A program made the position numbers and the translations under genes. A DNA stretch of 64,000 nucleotides from Pecten maximus (Eukaryota), in assembly GCF_902652985.1 (NCBI RefSeq), contig NC_047022.1:19592001-19656000 (forward strand), read 5' to 3'. Positions 29,201 to 44,200 of the stretch are shown here, in pieces. Positions within the stretch are counted from its first letter, which is position 1, and each line of letters starts with the position of its first letter. Under the pieces are notes generated by a model. That model made no database searches. It was not told the DNA's origin and saw only the letters and a program-made list of their open reading frames with translations.

Positions 29201-32200
29201 AACTGTTGACTTGAGTTTTTGCCTAACTTTCCCCCCCATCCTATCGACAGATGTATGGTTTGCCTGTCAACGGCTATGGGTCTTTTGCCTAACTGTTGAG
29301 TTTTGTGGATTTGTCAATTGTGATGACGTCATCAGTTTACGATAGTGTGACACAATAAACAAAGTAAATCAGTATATACATTGAATACTATTGATCAATT
29401 AATTTGTGTTTTTTTTTGTTGATGAATGTAATATGTTTAATAAAAATGTCGCCGCGCACAATCTCCAGTTTGAGGAAAGTCCTCAAACTGGAGATCTCAT
29501 GTTTGTCAACATTTGATCCTTGACAGGTATGGAATATTGTTTACCTAACTGTTAACAGCTGTATATTTGCCTAACTGTTGATATCTGAAGCTTTTTCGCC
29601 TGTCAACTATTGGCAGAAATAGCTTGGACTGGGCCATCCCTGGGCTTTTAAAAGTCTTTATATTAAGGACTTTTCTCCAATAATACGGGAAATTAACAGA
29701 CACATTCGATATTGCAACCTGGTTCAACACAAGGCAGATATCAGCTAAATGCAAACTTAATAATTGAAGATATGTATCTTAGAGGTTTTGGCTTTTATAT
29801 AAAGAAGTATTGAACAGATACTTAGAAATCACATAGACATATACTATACTTTGTATTTAAGAGGTACCATTCAGAAAAGTTTGACTCAGAATTCATTTCA
29901 AGTCAAGGAAAAGCATATACAGTGCATTCCGCTTAATCGGGTTGCCTATTTGCGGGGACTTTTTACCCGATTAACCGACTTACCCGATAAGCCGAAATGC
30001 ACGTCGCCATCTTGGATTTGGTCCGTAATGGTAGTCAGACTTGGGTCGATTTTGGATGAAAATATTTGCGTTATTATTGTTAATAAACGGTGTTTTTGTT
30101 TGTGCTTTTACTGATGTCAAATTGTCAGATTACTATTACTAATTGTATAAAAATGTGTGTATTAAAATAACAAAACCTTAATGATTTTCTTATTCGCGGC
30201 ACAGTACAATCGTAGCACCTCAAATCGGGGGGTCATACATCCCTGTTTCATCCGTGTGTTCCTAATTTGACATACGATCTAAGGACTCGCCGACAATTAC
30301 ATCTAAAATCATTTATGTTTATCATAGAGACATTCTTATGTTCGCTTTGAAGTTTAAAATATTCCATATTATTTCCAATTACCAAAGCACAGAGATCGGA
30401 GAAACCGAGTTTATTTAGGTCGTTTCCTGTGGTATAAATTTATACGAACTTGACACTGGCAGTCACTGATAAAACAACACGAAATCCAATGTAATGTTTT
30501 TATTAACCAGTTCTAATCCTAACCTGAATAGGAATTATGAGCTAACGTCGGGCGTCTGTCCTTTTACTGCCCGCTACTGATTTTTAACTCACCTGTGTAT
30601 CGGTGTCGTCACATTTCCCCGTGGCGAACCCCTCACTTTGGATTCGCCACATACAGTAAGCGGTGATATCAATCGATCTGTAGCAATATCAGACCCAGGT
30701 AAAAACCTATTGTTTGGGTTTTTGCTTCGAAGATTTTACATCCCAGACGTAAAAGTTTAATTGTCTAGTCGCTTAATTATGCTTTTAAAACCCCATTACG
30801 TTTTGCCTGCTGCTGACTCTAAAAATAACATTTAATTTTACCCACAATTCTTAGTCGACTTCCTGTTGGGGAAAAACCACACGAGGCAGAATCAACAACA
30901 ACACAGTTCTGAACATGACAAAACCCCGACATAACATTACCGTTTAAGGTAATATTTAACTGTTTTTTGACATTTGAACCATCAAAATTACACTATTTGT
31001 TGATAAATGTCTAAAACTTAAAGAAATACGCGATGACTTTCGTGAAAATCGGAGCATTTCTATTTTTTGTCCCGATTGTTCTATTCGAATAACCGAAAAA
31101 TACGACTTTTCCAACCCAATTAAACGAATTTTTTTAACATGATTTAAGAGAAAATGGTTTTGGTTTTTGAAATTTTACCCAATTAAACGAAATACCCGAT
31201 TATGCGTTACCCGATTAAGTGGAATGCACTGTACTTCATAATCACCAAACACTTTGATAAGTTTAGCATGTAGAGAAGTATGATAATTATTGACTTTAAA
31301 TATTTCAGGAATATATTAGAAATACATTTATATCTATACAGTATACAGTAATGGTCCTTTAACAGAAATGTTTGTTCACTCTACCCTTGGTATGTTGTTT
31401 CTATAATCAAAGATGTCTCATCTGAAATCAAGAATGTTGTAAAATATGTTTCATCATCATCAAATTTTGATAAATTGTTTTAACCATAAGTTACACCAAA
31501 CTGTATTTACAAAAGAACAATATTTATTTGAGTACAATTTTCAATTTGATTAATAATTATAAAAATTAAAAAAAAAAATAAAACAAATATGAGATAACTG
31601 TAGACAATAATATGTAATAAAAGAAAGCTTTAAACTAATCCTGGGCTTATTGAGATTAAACTTCTTTTCTTAATTTCTTACTTTCTTTAATTTCAGAGAT
31701 TTGGCAAATATATTTCTCTTTTCAATATTCATGTTTTTTCAATAGAAAATATACAGTGAACCCTGACTTTACTGACAGTGTGTGGGACGGAGTCAAATTG
31801 TGTCGGATATGACAGAGTGTCGTTAAAGTCAGTGTCGGGAAGCTTGTTGCCGTTCTGGTGAATATGGTTGGGATGTAACAGGATGTCATTAAAGGCGGTG
31901 GTCGGTAAGGACAGGTTTCACTGTATAATGAACATAATAGGGCTACAAAGAAACTTACAGGACAATATAACTGTATTCTTAATGAATTTATTTTAAAAAT
32001 TCTCCAATTTTATTTTCATTATCAATCCTTTGTTAGTGAAACCTTCATAAAAAACTGTCCTTGTATTTAGTACACATCCAGTATTGATAAAAAAGCTGTC
32101 ACCCTTTCAACTAAATATCCATATGAAAATCCCAACCAATAAAAAGTCTACTAAAATTCTCACAAAAATTCAAGACCACTCGAAAACTTGATAAAATGAT

Positions 32201-35200
32201 TTGTCAAGTATTCTTTGACTGAATCTCAATTAGAGTGAACAATTTCACACTTCTGAGAGATTGATTAAATTGTAATATGGCGGGGTAAAGACATAGTCCA
32301 ACAAATATCACACACCAGTGTACTGGGTGGAATTAAAGCCACAGATTAATGCACTCAGCGTCTGAACTATCGAACACCTCAAGTAGATCTTCCAACAAGT
32401 TTATTTTTAAAATCATGTACCAAGAAGTCAGTGTTAAAACTTATTAATTACCAAAATATCTCCAACAGGATTTGGAAATAATAAAAGCTTTTATCATAGA
32501 ATTGAGTTCACATAAATGCACACCCATCACTCTCCCATTAGTAAAATGGCTGTAATATTTTTTCCAAGGTGGTCAATTTTGACATTTGACCCCGACATCT
32601 TGACCAATGACTGTCAAAAGCAAGGCAGGTGTAGAACTCAATTTTGATATACTATGTTGTAAATAGAATGTTATTTGTTGAAAGTTTCATGAGATATCTG
32701 GTACAGGATCTTTTTTATATTTCAAGTGTGACCTTTGACACTTTAATCTTGAACAATGACTACCAGAATCTTGCTATGATGTCAATATCAATATAATTTG
32801 TTGAAGGCTTCATGATATATATTGTACAGGACCTTTTTTTAAATTTTAGGTGTGACTTTTGACCCCTTAATCTTGACCACTGACCACCAGAATCAATATT
32901 GACCAATGACCACCAGAATCATTAAGTTGTAATATTAGCAATGCAATGCCAATTTCATTAGACAGAGTTCAGAACTTCACCACAGAGTGAATATTTTAAA
33001 TCTGTTGAGGGATTTTGAGATATCTTATACAAAAATATTTTGTTAGGACAGAGACTTATGCACAAAAGCATAGACAAAATGATAAATATATACCCTCCAT
33101 AGACAAAATGATAAATATATACCCTCCAGACAAAATGATAAATATATACCCTCCAGACAAAATGATAAATATATACCCTCCAGACAAAATGATAAATATA
33201 TACCCTCCATAGACAAAATGATAAATATATACCCTCCATAGACAAAATGATAAATATATACCCTCCAGACAAAATGATAAATATATACCCTCCATAGACA
33301 AAATGATAAATATATACCCTCCATAGACAAAATGATAAATATATACCCTCCAGACAAAATGATAAATATATACCCTCCAGACAAAATGATAAATATATAC
33401 CCTCCAGACAAAATGATAAATATATACCCTCCATAGACAAAATGATAAATATATACCCTCCAGACAAAATGATAAATATATACCCTCCATAGACAAAATG
33501 ATAAATATATACCCTCCAGACAAAATGATAAATATATACCCTCCAGACAAAATGATAAATATATACCCTCCAGACAAAATGATAAATATATACCCTCCAT
33601 AGACAAAATGATAAATATATACCCTCCAGACAAAATGATAAATATATACCCTCCATAGACAAAATGATAAATATATACCCTCCATAGACAAAATGATAAA
33701 TATATACCCTCCAGACAAAATGATAAATATATACCCTCCATAGACAAAATGATAAATATATACCCTCCAGACAAAATGATAAATATATACCCTCCATAGA
33801 CAAAATGATAAATATATACCCTCCAGACAAAATGATAAATATATACCCTCCATAGACAAAATGATAAATATATACCCTCCATAGACAAAATGATAAATAT
33901 ATACCCTCCAGACAAAATGATAAATATATACCCTCCATAGACAAAATGATAAATATATACCCTCCATAGACAAAATGATAAATATATACCCTCCATAGAC
34001 AAAATGATAAATATATACCCTCCAGACAAAATGATAAATATATACCCTCCATAGACAAAATGATAAATATATACCCTCCAGACAAAATGATAAATATATA
34101 CCCTCCAGACAAAATGATAAATATATACCCTCCATTGATCAAGGAGGGGAACTGAAATGAGGCTAGGATGAAGATACAAAGACAAGCAGAGACCTTAACT
34201 TGGCCTGTATGGAATATTATAGGCTCATAATTAAGAGGGATTTATTTTTTTACCAAAATGTTTTTATCAGATTTCATTTCATCTATAGAGATAACACACT
34301 GAGCACAGCAGTGTTGAAGAAAGAATTTATTGAATATCAACATTAAATATTGAAATCATTAAAATAATTGGATCCAAGATATTCATCTGAAAAAAATATT
34401 TGTCCAGTTTTCAGGGAAATGATTCTCATCTTGAATAGATGAATTGAAAAAATTCTTAACATCTAATATATTTGTTTTCACTCTCAAAATCTTCATTAAT
34501 GAGATTATGTCCATTGTTTTCTGCAAACTAACTAATTTTATATTTTCACTCTCGAAATCCTTATTGAAGAGATATTGATAATTGTTTTCTGCCAACTAAC
34601 TAATTTCATATTTTCACTCTCAAAATCGTAATTGAAGAGATATTGACAATTGCTTCCCCCAAACTCATTATTATGTACCAATAATAATTACCAACCAATT
34701 TTCAACATAATCAAATTTTTTGCTGAATTTTCATGGTAAAAGTAACTTGCATTCATGTCTTTCATTACACATTACAATTGTATCAACTAATTGATGAAGT
34801 TTTTATGAGGAAATAATCTTAGAGCCTATTACACATTACAATTGTATCAATTAAAACAGATGAAATTTTTACGAGGATATAATCTTAGACCCTAGGTATT
34901 TAACACGAGTACTGGATGGGTGGGACAATATACTTTTTTATACCGGCCACATGCCATGCTGTATTCATTAAAATATCTCAATATATGATTATAATGGAGC
35001 AACAAAGTTGGAATTTTCTGCTGCATTCTAATAACAGGACATATTGAAATACTGAAATGAGGATATAACAATAACAGGACATATTGAAATACTGAAATGA
35101 GGATTTAACAAGAAAATACCTGAAATAACCATAGAGCGTATGGTTTTTATATGTCCTCGATTTTTTGGAAATAAAGTTTCTAAAATTCAATTTAAAATGG

Positions 35201-38200
35201 CAGCCTTTATTAACATCTAGGAAATTATTCTGCTTTGAAGGCCATGGAACGTGATAACAACCACCTTCTGGAAACTATTAAATTATGAGATGCTGAACCT
35301 GCTCATCAAATCTGATAATGAGGACCTCATTAAAGCTATCTCTAATTTTTGAGATATTTCAAGGCTTTACATTAGTGTATGTCAAAAATTCCAGAAATTT
35401 GAAAGCATGTGATTACATGTTTATTAGATTTAGAACGAATAAGCTGTCTGTAGAAAATCTGATGTACTATGTAACCGTCATTTCAAGTTCTTCAAATGCC
35501 ATGGTTAATTCTGGAGACATTTCAAAATGCATCCCTAAGTCCAAATTCAATACCTGAGCAAGATTAATTTTTTTTGTATCTTTTTGATTTTTTGATATTG
35601 TAAAAATTGTTCATTTTTTCTTTCTTCTTACTTACATTTCTTACTTATGTTGTTACAAATGTAAAATGCTACAAAATTTTACCATGTAAAAGTCAACATA
35701 CAAAGCTTGAATACAATTTTTAAATATATTGAGTTGGAAATAGCTACTACATGTACAAAACAAATTCAACCAAAGAGTTAAGTTTTAAGCAGCTATCTTG
35801 CAACAGCCAATTTAGAAGATCATATGAAGACCATGTTCAGGAATGATAGGCCACTCAAAGCCAAATCGAAGTGTTGTCCCACTGAAATGCCATAACTTAG
35901 ATGATCTAACAAGCACGAGACACAATCCATACCCATGACATATATTTGAAGCTTCATGTCAACCAGAAAATAGCAAAAGTACCAATTTGATGGACATTAA
36001 ATTGTCTTAGACATGGTCAAGTGAAGGTTTAATTGCAAAGATTTTTTTTTTTTTTTGTAGATTTCAACAAACTCATCCCCTATGCCTTTAAATTTGATGT
36101 TTTTGTTTTATTTTACATGGTTAAACTGCCTTCGAAATAGCCAATGTCATATGAGAGGTCTGTAAGGTTTAAATTTTCAAAAAAATTTGACTTTAATGAA
36201 TAACTGATTTTACAAATGCCACACATGCAAAGAGTTCAACAACTAAAAGCTTTTATGAGATGCCATTTTCATATTAGCAATCCATTCTATGTTATAAATT
36301 GTTTGCATAGTACAAATTAAAGATTGTGACAGATACATTTTGGTAAGTAAAACATAAAAAAAATAGCTGGGATCAAGCACATGCCACAAAGATGTAGACA
36401 TTATGCATTCTTAGGAAGAATTTGAGGTGATAACAGAAAGTGAATTAATAATAAATACTGTGTTGTGAATAAAAGATAACCTCAACTTAACACACAGGGG
36501 AGACAACCAGTACTTCACAAAGGTGAATATGATATGTACACGTATATAATTTGAGTTTTCAATGAAAATGATAACATGTTTGACTAAAACACAGCAAATT
36601 AAAAAGTGACAGAAATACCATCATTATACATACCCTGGCAGTTAGCTGTTAGATCTGTCAAAGTACTTATATTGTTATTTACCTACTTACTTATCCAATG
36701 ACATTTAATCTTTAATTTTACCCATTAAACTCTCCTACTAAAATGTAATGTCTCTTATTAAATTTAGTTCCATCGACTTGAATTTAAATTAGAAAAATTT
36801 CATTTGTTCTCAATACAAAAATATACATGGAATACAAAAATTAACAAGAAATGATCAGCAAAACTTTCATAAATGTTTAAATTGAGAAAACTAAAAAGAA
36901 AGATATTTAATCATGACCAATGATGCTAAAAGTGATCAATCTTCAGAACTCCAGGAAATAGTGCTAAACATGAATACACCTCAAAGTCCTTGTGTGTTGT
37001 GACTAAAGGGAGGTAACTCACAAATAATTTACTAACTTCAGTTCTTCTTTTTCTTAACAAAAGCAAATTCTGAAGGTAAATTCAAATTCACACTATACAA
37101 TCATATTTTGTAATATTGATTATTTTCAGGTGAATTGTTTGTGTTTAGATAATTTTCCCTGTTTTCATGTGGATGATCTAAATAAATCTATCTTCTATCT
37201 TTACCAAAACTGAATTTGAAAGGCAATTCCTGAGGGCTATTCCATTAAAATATATACCTGACCCCAGGACTCCACAATAAATCACTTCTATCCATGGTTG
37301 CATTGTGAATTGCCTTCCTATAACTTCTATGTACTTCATTAAATGAATTCTATAAGTCGTACCCCTTAATCCACCATGAAGTCCAGGGATGAGGTAGATG
37401 TTTTACTGGAAAAGCTCAAAGCAGTGAACAGCAACGGAATCATATTTAAATCAGATTACTGCTTCAAGTAGTAACATTTTTGGCCCATCAAGCTGATGAC
37501 CGCCAGGTTTCTGCCATTTTGTAGTAATAAATACTGAAAGAAATCTACTTACTTATTAGACGCTGTCGTTTCTCATCTGCACGTTTCTTCCATTCTGGCT
37601 CAGTAAGAACTGGTTCTGATCTCAGCAGTAGCTGTGTAAGCAAAAACCAGAGCGAAAAAAGTTTACAATTTAGAAACCTGTTATACCTGCATGGATATAG
37701 ATTTAGTGATCATACTGTCAACTCAAAACTAGTGAATATCTTTGCGAGAAATGTTTGCTGCAGCTCTCTTGTTTAGATAGAAGTGAAGGTGAATGCAAAT
37801 TAATGTTAGGTTTAAAAAAAAAAAAAAAAAAACCCAACAAAAATCCAATTTTAATAAAAAAAGAATAAATAAATAAATAAGGTTAATAATGAATGGATCT
37901 TTTAAACACATTTGTGACAGACAGACAAAAGTGTACCACTTCATGCCTTCAACCACTCGGAGAGATAGAGCCATAAAAAAAGACATTTGTCACTTTTGCA
38001 ATTTGCAGTTGATAGAGATATTGATTTAGATTAAACAGTATCTATTGGTTTTAAAGGATAATAAAACAGTACACAAACAGAGAATAATAGAGAATATCAA
38101 TTTAATCCATTTGTATTCATGAAACACTGACCTTGACCTTATGCGTCACTGCATTCAATGTTGACCAGAAAATGTGTATTAAAGCCAATTCTAAAACCTC

Positions 38201-41200
38201 CATCAGCATCATGTATTTTATCTTCAATTAATTATTTAGAATTCAGTATTTTCTCCTAAATAGTGGAGACCAACTAAAAACATTAGAACCTACTTTTTGG
38301 CATTGGTGTGGTTTTCTTCTTTAGAGCAAATTCTGTTTTCCATGAAGCTGCCCCGGCATCTGTAGAATCACTCTTGGCTTTAAGCTGTAGAAGAAAACAA
38401 ACATTGTTTTCAGATTTGAAGGGTTATTATGATTTTCTACCAACTAAATTTTTGATACATGTAATATAATAGTTTGTGATTTTGTTTCACTCATTAATGA
38501 TTTTTTTTTTATCTATCAAATCCATTTACATTCTGAAAATTAATTCACAATAACGGAAAAGATCAACAGATTTTATTTAGAAAATGTATCAATATTCAAG
38601 ATGATTCATTTGAAGTAAGGGAGATAACTCATGCTTCTCTACAAGAACTAATATGTCTTTATTACTAGAGAATGTGAAGTGTGCTCACCCTGCTTAACCC
38701 TTAAATAAGAAAAATACAAAACTCAGCCAAAGTTCAAGTCAGGACTTTTGACGATTAGATCAAGGGTAAAAGTATAAATCTCTAACCAGTCTCTTTTTAA
38801 AACAAACAGTCTCTTTATTAAATGTTCTAGAAATGAATGTCAAACTTTAGCCCAGTGGACTTAAGTATAAGAAATAATAGTGTACCGGAGTGTCCACACT
38901 GTTTTCTTTGCGTAACTTCCTCCTCTCTGCCAGGTCCTTCTTCCACTGTGGAATGGAGGTCGTGTCGGCAGACGGTGGTGATATGACATTGAGGTTTGGT
39001 GTGGATTGATGGCGGTTGTCCTTCGTCTTCAGCCAGCTAGGTACATACTGGTCCCTGGTACCACCTGTACATAAACAGCGGGCGAGTGGATTTAAGATCA
39101 ATAAAAAGAATTATAAATCTTATTTTACAACAATTGTGAGACAGGTTTTTATCAACCAATACTAATCACTCCTGTTGGCCCGGATGGAAGTACACACAGG
39201 TTCTTATGGTGGGTAGAAACCTGCGAAAACCCCACATGGCCAGGCAAGTGATGCCATACCTTTTCACGTTCGACTGGGGAAATGAAATCCCAGTCACACT
39301 GCTCAAATTTTATATGTAAATTGTGTTAATCATGATGTGAATATGAATTAAATTTACCCAGGGGTTTATAAGATATCTAAGGGATCCTTTCTCTTGGATT
39401 GAGATCTCCATTTCTCTTCCCTTGGACAGGGATATCCGCAATATTACTGGTGTGAGATTTTCTTGTTTCACGCTAGGTGGAGACAAGCTACAACAATTGC
39501 ATTTCGTAATGTCAGCAATACAATGATGTCACAGCGACAATTCAATCATGTCACGTCAACATTTCCTTGCATTGATGTAACATCAATATTAGATACATAA
39601 GAGGGTAAACAGGGTAAGAGAAAAAAATCATTCCCCCCCATGGAAGTGAGACAGGGGAATCTCAACCCTCGGGGTAAGATTATTAAGCTTAAACTTAAGA
39701 ATCTTACCCCTTGGGTTGGGATTCCCCTGTCTCACCCCCAAGAGGGATGAAAGATACTTTCTATCATATCCTAACGAAAACTGGGAATGTATGTGTGTAA
39801 TGTTGGATAAAAAATCCTCAATCGAATATCAATAGTTTGTAAAACAATGGAGGCTGTTTAAGGAAAACTTACCTGATACAGGTGTGCGCTCCCTGCTGGA
39901 GCTAGAGCTAGAGCTGTCCCCATCCTTTGATCCAGTAGATGCCAGTCGGACACGCTCCTGGCTAGGCTTTCCGTTCAGTGAGTTTTCACTGCTCTCTGTG
40001 GATTCCTGGAGAGGGAGACCGTTGGGCGTCTTACGTAGGCGAGACATATCTGTCCATTGGGGTTTTCCATCCCCAGGTGTCTTGCTTTGGTTTTCTTGAA
40101 AATTTAAATCTACTATTATTAAATTGTTTACTTTATTTCAACAATTACTTTGTTTTGTTTACATAAAAACTTAAAATTTGAACTTGAACGCAGCATTACA
40201 GTATATCATAGCCTACATTGAAACTTTGGCAAAATCAGTCACATTAACTTTCGGACAAGCCTGACTTGAATTTATTAATTTTCAAAATCCCATTGAGCAT
40301 GTCCCTTTAATATTTTTTGTTTTGTTTCAAATGTGTTAGATTTTGAAGAATATTGTAAAAAAGACGGTATATGATTATACCATTTCTTCATGTTGCTTGG
40401 CCTTTATTTTTGTGTAGCATAACTATTCAGCAAAATGGCTTTATACCTTGAAATGAAGCATGCACATATGCCAGTTGTAGTTCAGTCAAATGTGAACAAA
40501 TTTTATTTCATTATCTTGCAATAAGCCCTTTCTTCTACTTCCAATTGATGTGATGGAACCTCTGGAGTTATTGAATAATGAAAGCAGTACATGTTACCTA
40601 CAGCTTACAAGGTATTAAATATCTATGATGAAGTTCTCACCTTTGGTGTTGAGGATTTCTGCAGCTTTTTCTCGTTTCTCTGCAGCTGTTTTCATCCAAA
40701 CAGGTGTTTCCTTCTCCTTCATCTGATCCAAACTCTCCTCGGACTTTGTAGATGTCTTTCTCAACTTCATATCCTTCATCCATGACGGTTCTTCTTTAGA
40801 GTCCTTGGCAGCAGCTTCTTTACTTCCCTCTATATCTGACTTTGGAGTATTCTTTAGTTGAGGAACATCAAATGTATGTTTGTTTTCTGATGGCCCTTTG
40901 GCAACATCATCAAATTCTAATTGTGTTTTTACTTTAAGCTGTAGAAGAAAACAAACATTATTTTCAGATTTCAAGGGTTATCATGGTTTTCTACCAACAC
41001 ACTTTTTGATACATGTAATATAATAGTTTGTGATTTTTTTTCACTCATTAATGAATTTTTTTCCCTGTTTGATCAAAACTATTTACATTCTGAAAATTAA
41101 TTCACAATAAGAGAAAAGATGATTTTTTTTTAGAAAATGTATTCATTATATTAAAGATGATTCATTTGAAGTAAGGGAGATAACTCATGCTTCTCTACAA

Positions 41201-44200
41201 GAACTAACATGAGAATGTGAAGTGTGTTCACCTGCTTAATAACCCTTAAATAAGAACAAGAGATCCCAGAGGGATCTTGGCGCCCACCATTGAATGATCT
41301 TTATAGGTTCCATGTCAGATTGATCTTTTCTCTACTTTTCCCTTCCTCTAAGTCTTACTAATCTGTGTAAATTCAGAAACAGCCCTCTAGTACTTTGCAA
41401 ACAGTTTAAGATTTAGCGATAATGGCTGTCTGTTGTTTTCGGATTGGTCCGAAAATGCAACACCAGGGACCAAGGGGAGCCTACATATGAAATTCGAGAA
41501 AGATCCCTTCAGTACCTTCTGTAAAATAGCGATAACAAACTTCAATTGTCAAAATACAAGATGGCTGCCTGTCGGGCAGGTTGTTTTCTGACTGGTCTCA
41601 AAATCCAATATGCATAACTAGGCACAGAGGGCAACCTACAAATGAAATTTCAGAAAGATCCCTTCAGCAATTTCTGATAAATAGCGACAACAAACTTGAA
41701 TTGTCAAAATCCAAGATGGCTGCCTCTCGGCCATGTTGTTTTCCTATTGGTCCCAAGATGCAATATGCAGAACTACAGACCAAGGGCAACTTACAAAAAC
41801 GTTTGAGAAAGATCCCTTCAGTACTTTCTCAGAAATAGCGATAACAAACTTCAATTGTCAAAATCCAAGATGGCTGCCAGTCGGCCATGTTGTTTTCCGA
41901 TTGGTCTCAAAATGTAATATGCATAACTAGGCACCAAGGGGAACCTATATATGAAATTTGAGAAAGATCCCTTCAGTACTTTCTGAGAAATAGCGATAAC
42001 AAACTTCAATTGTCAAAATCCAGATGGCTGCCTGTCGGCCATGTTGTTTTCCGATAGGTCTCAAAATGCAATATGCATAACTAGGCACCAAGGGGAACCT
42101 ACATATGAAATTTGAGAAAGATCCCTTCAGTACTTTCTCAGAAATAGCGATAACAAACTTCAATTATCAAAATCCAAGATGGCTGCCTGTCGGCCATGTT
42201 GTTTTCCGATTGGTCTCAAAATGCAATATGCATAACCAGGGACCAAGGGGAGCCTACATATGAAATTTGAGAAAGATCCCTTCAGTACTTTCTCAGAAAT
42301 AGCGATAACAAACTTCAATTATCAAAATCCAAGATGGCTGCCTGTCGGCCATGTTGTTTTCTGATTGGTCTCAAAATGCAATATGCATAACTAGGCACCA
42401 AGAGAAACATACATATGAAATTTGAGAAAGATCCCTTCAGTACTTTCTCAGAAATAGCGATAACAAACTTCAATTGTCAAAATCCAAGATGGCTGCCTGT
42501 CGGCCATGTTGTTTTCCGATTGGTCTCAAAATGCAATATGCATAACTAGACACCAAGGGGAACATACATATGAAATTTGAGAAAAATCCTTTCAGTACTT
42601 TCTGAGGATTAGCGATAACAAGAATTGTTTACGGACGGACGGAGGGACGGACGGACGGAGGGACGGACGGACGGACGGACGGACGAAGGACCACGGAAGC
42701 AGGGCGATTTGAATAGCCCACCATCTGATGATGGTGGGCTAAAAATACAAAACTCAGCCAAAGTTCAAGTCAGGACTTTTGACGATTGGATGAAGGGTAA
42801 AAGTATAAATCTCTAACCACTTTGCAGCAGAAATATGAAAATACAGTCTCTTTTTAAAATAGACAGTCTCTTTATTAAATGTTCTAGAAATGAATGTCAA
42901 ACTTTAGCCCAGTGGACATAAGTATAAGAAATAATAGTGTACCGGAGTGTCAACACTGTTTTCTTTGCGTAACTTCCTCCTCTCTGCCAGGTCCTTCTTC
43001 CACTGTGGAATGGAGGTCGTGTCAGCAGACGGTGGTGATATAACATTGAGGTTTGGTGTGGATTGATGGCGGTTGTCCTTCGTCTTCAGCCAGCTAGGTA
43101 CATACTGGTCCCTGGTACCACCTGTACATAAACAGCGGGTGAGTGGATTTAAGATCAATAAAAACAATTATAAATCTTATTTTACAACAATTGTGAGACA
43201 GGTTTTTATCAACCAATACTAATCACTCCTGTTGGCCCGGATGGAAGTACACACAGGTTCTTATGGTGGGAAGAAACCTGCGAAAACCCCACATGGCCAG
43301 GCAGGTGATCCCATACCTTTTCACGTTCGACTGGGGAAATGAAATCCCAGTCACACTGCTCAAGTTTTATATGTAAATTGTGTTAATCATGTTATGATGT
43401 GAATATGAATTAAATCTACCCAGGGGTTTGTAAGATATCTAAGGGATCCTTTCTCTTGGATTGAGAGCTCCTTTTCTCTTACCCTGGACAGGGATAATCG
43501 CAATTTTACTGGTGTGAGATTTTCTTGTTTCACCCTAGGTGGAGACAAGCTATAACAATTGCATTTCGTAATGTCAGCAATACCACAGCGACAATTCAAT
43601 CACATCATGTCAAATTTCCTTGCATTGATGTAACATCCATATTAGATACATAAGAAGATAAAATGGGTAAGAGAAAAAAAATCGTCCCCCCCCTCCCCCC
43701 AATGGAAGTGAGACAGGGGAATCTCAACCCTCGGGGTAAGATTATTAAGCTTAAACTTAAGAATCTTACCCCTCGGGTTGGGATTCCCCTGTCTCACCCC
43801 CAAGAGGGATGAAAGATACTTTCTATCATATCCTAACGAAAACTGGGAATGTATGAGTGTAATGTGGGATAAAAAATCCTCAATCGAATATTAATGGTTT
43901 GTAAAACAATGGAGGCTGTTTAAGGAAAACTTACCTGATACAGGTGTGCGCTCCCTGCTGGAGCTAGAGCTAGAGCTGTCCCCATCCTTTGATCCAGTAG
44001 ATGCCAGTCGGATACGCTCCTGGCTAGGCTTTCCGTTCAGTGAGTTTTCACTGCTCTCTGTAGATTCCTGGAGAGGGAGACCGTTGGGCGTCTTACGTAG
44101 GCGAGACATATCTGTCCATTGGGGTTTTCCATCCCCAGGTGTCTTGCTTTGGTTTTCTTGAAAATTTAAATCTACTATTATTAAATTGTTTACTTTATTT

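Larger units (their letters stand above)
38378..40933. repeat. Intragenic tandem duplication, copy B (~2.56 kb)
   Basis: Colinear and highly similar to 40932-44994 minus the 41255-42740 insertion. Confidence 0.95.

Noticed and set aside
29070-29645. Possible TIR element (CCCGGGCTGCCCAGCCCA / TGGACTGGGCCATCCCTGG) with internal TTGCCTAACTGTTGA repeats
   Set aside because: TIRs too degenerate and no TSD; ends cannot be defined.
32958-34185. Three 359-394 aa ORFs on the minus strand
   Set aside because: Translation of the 27/29-bp minisatellite in all three frames; no coding signal.
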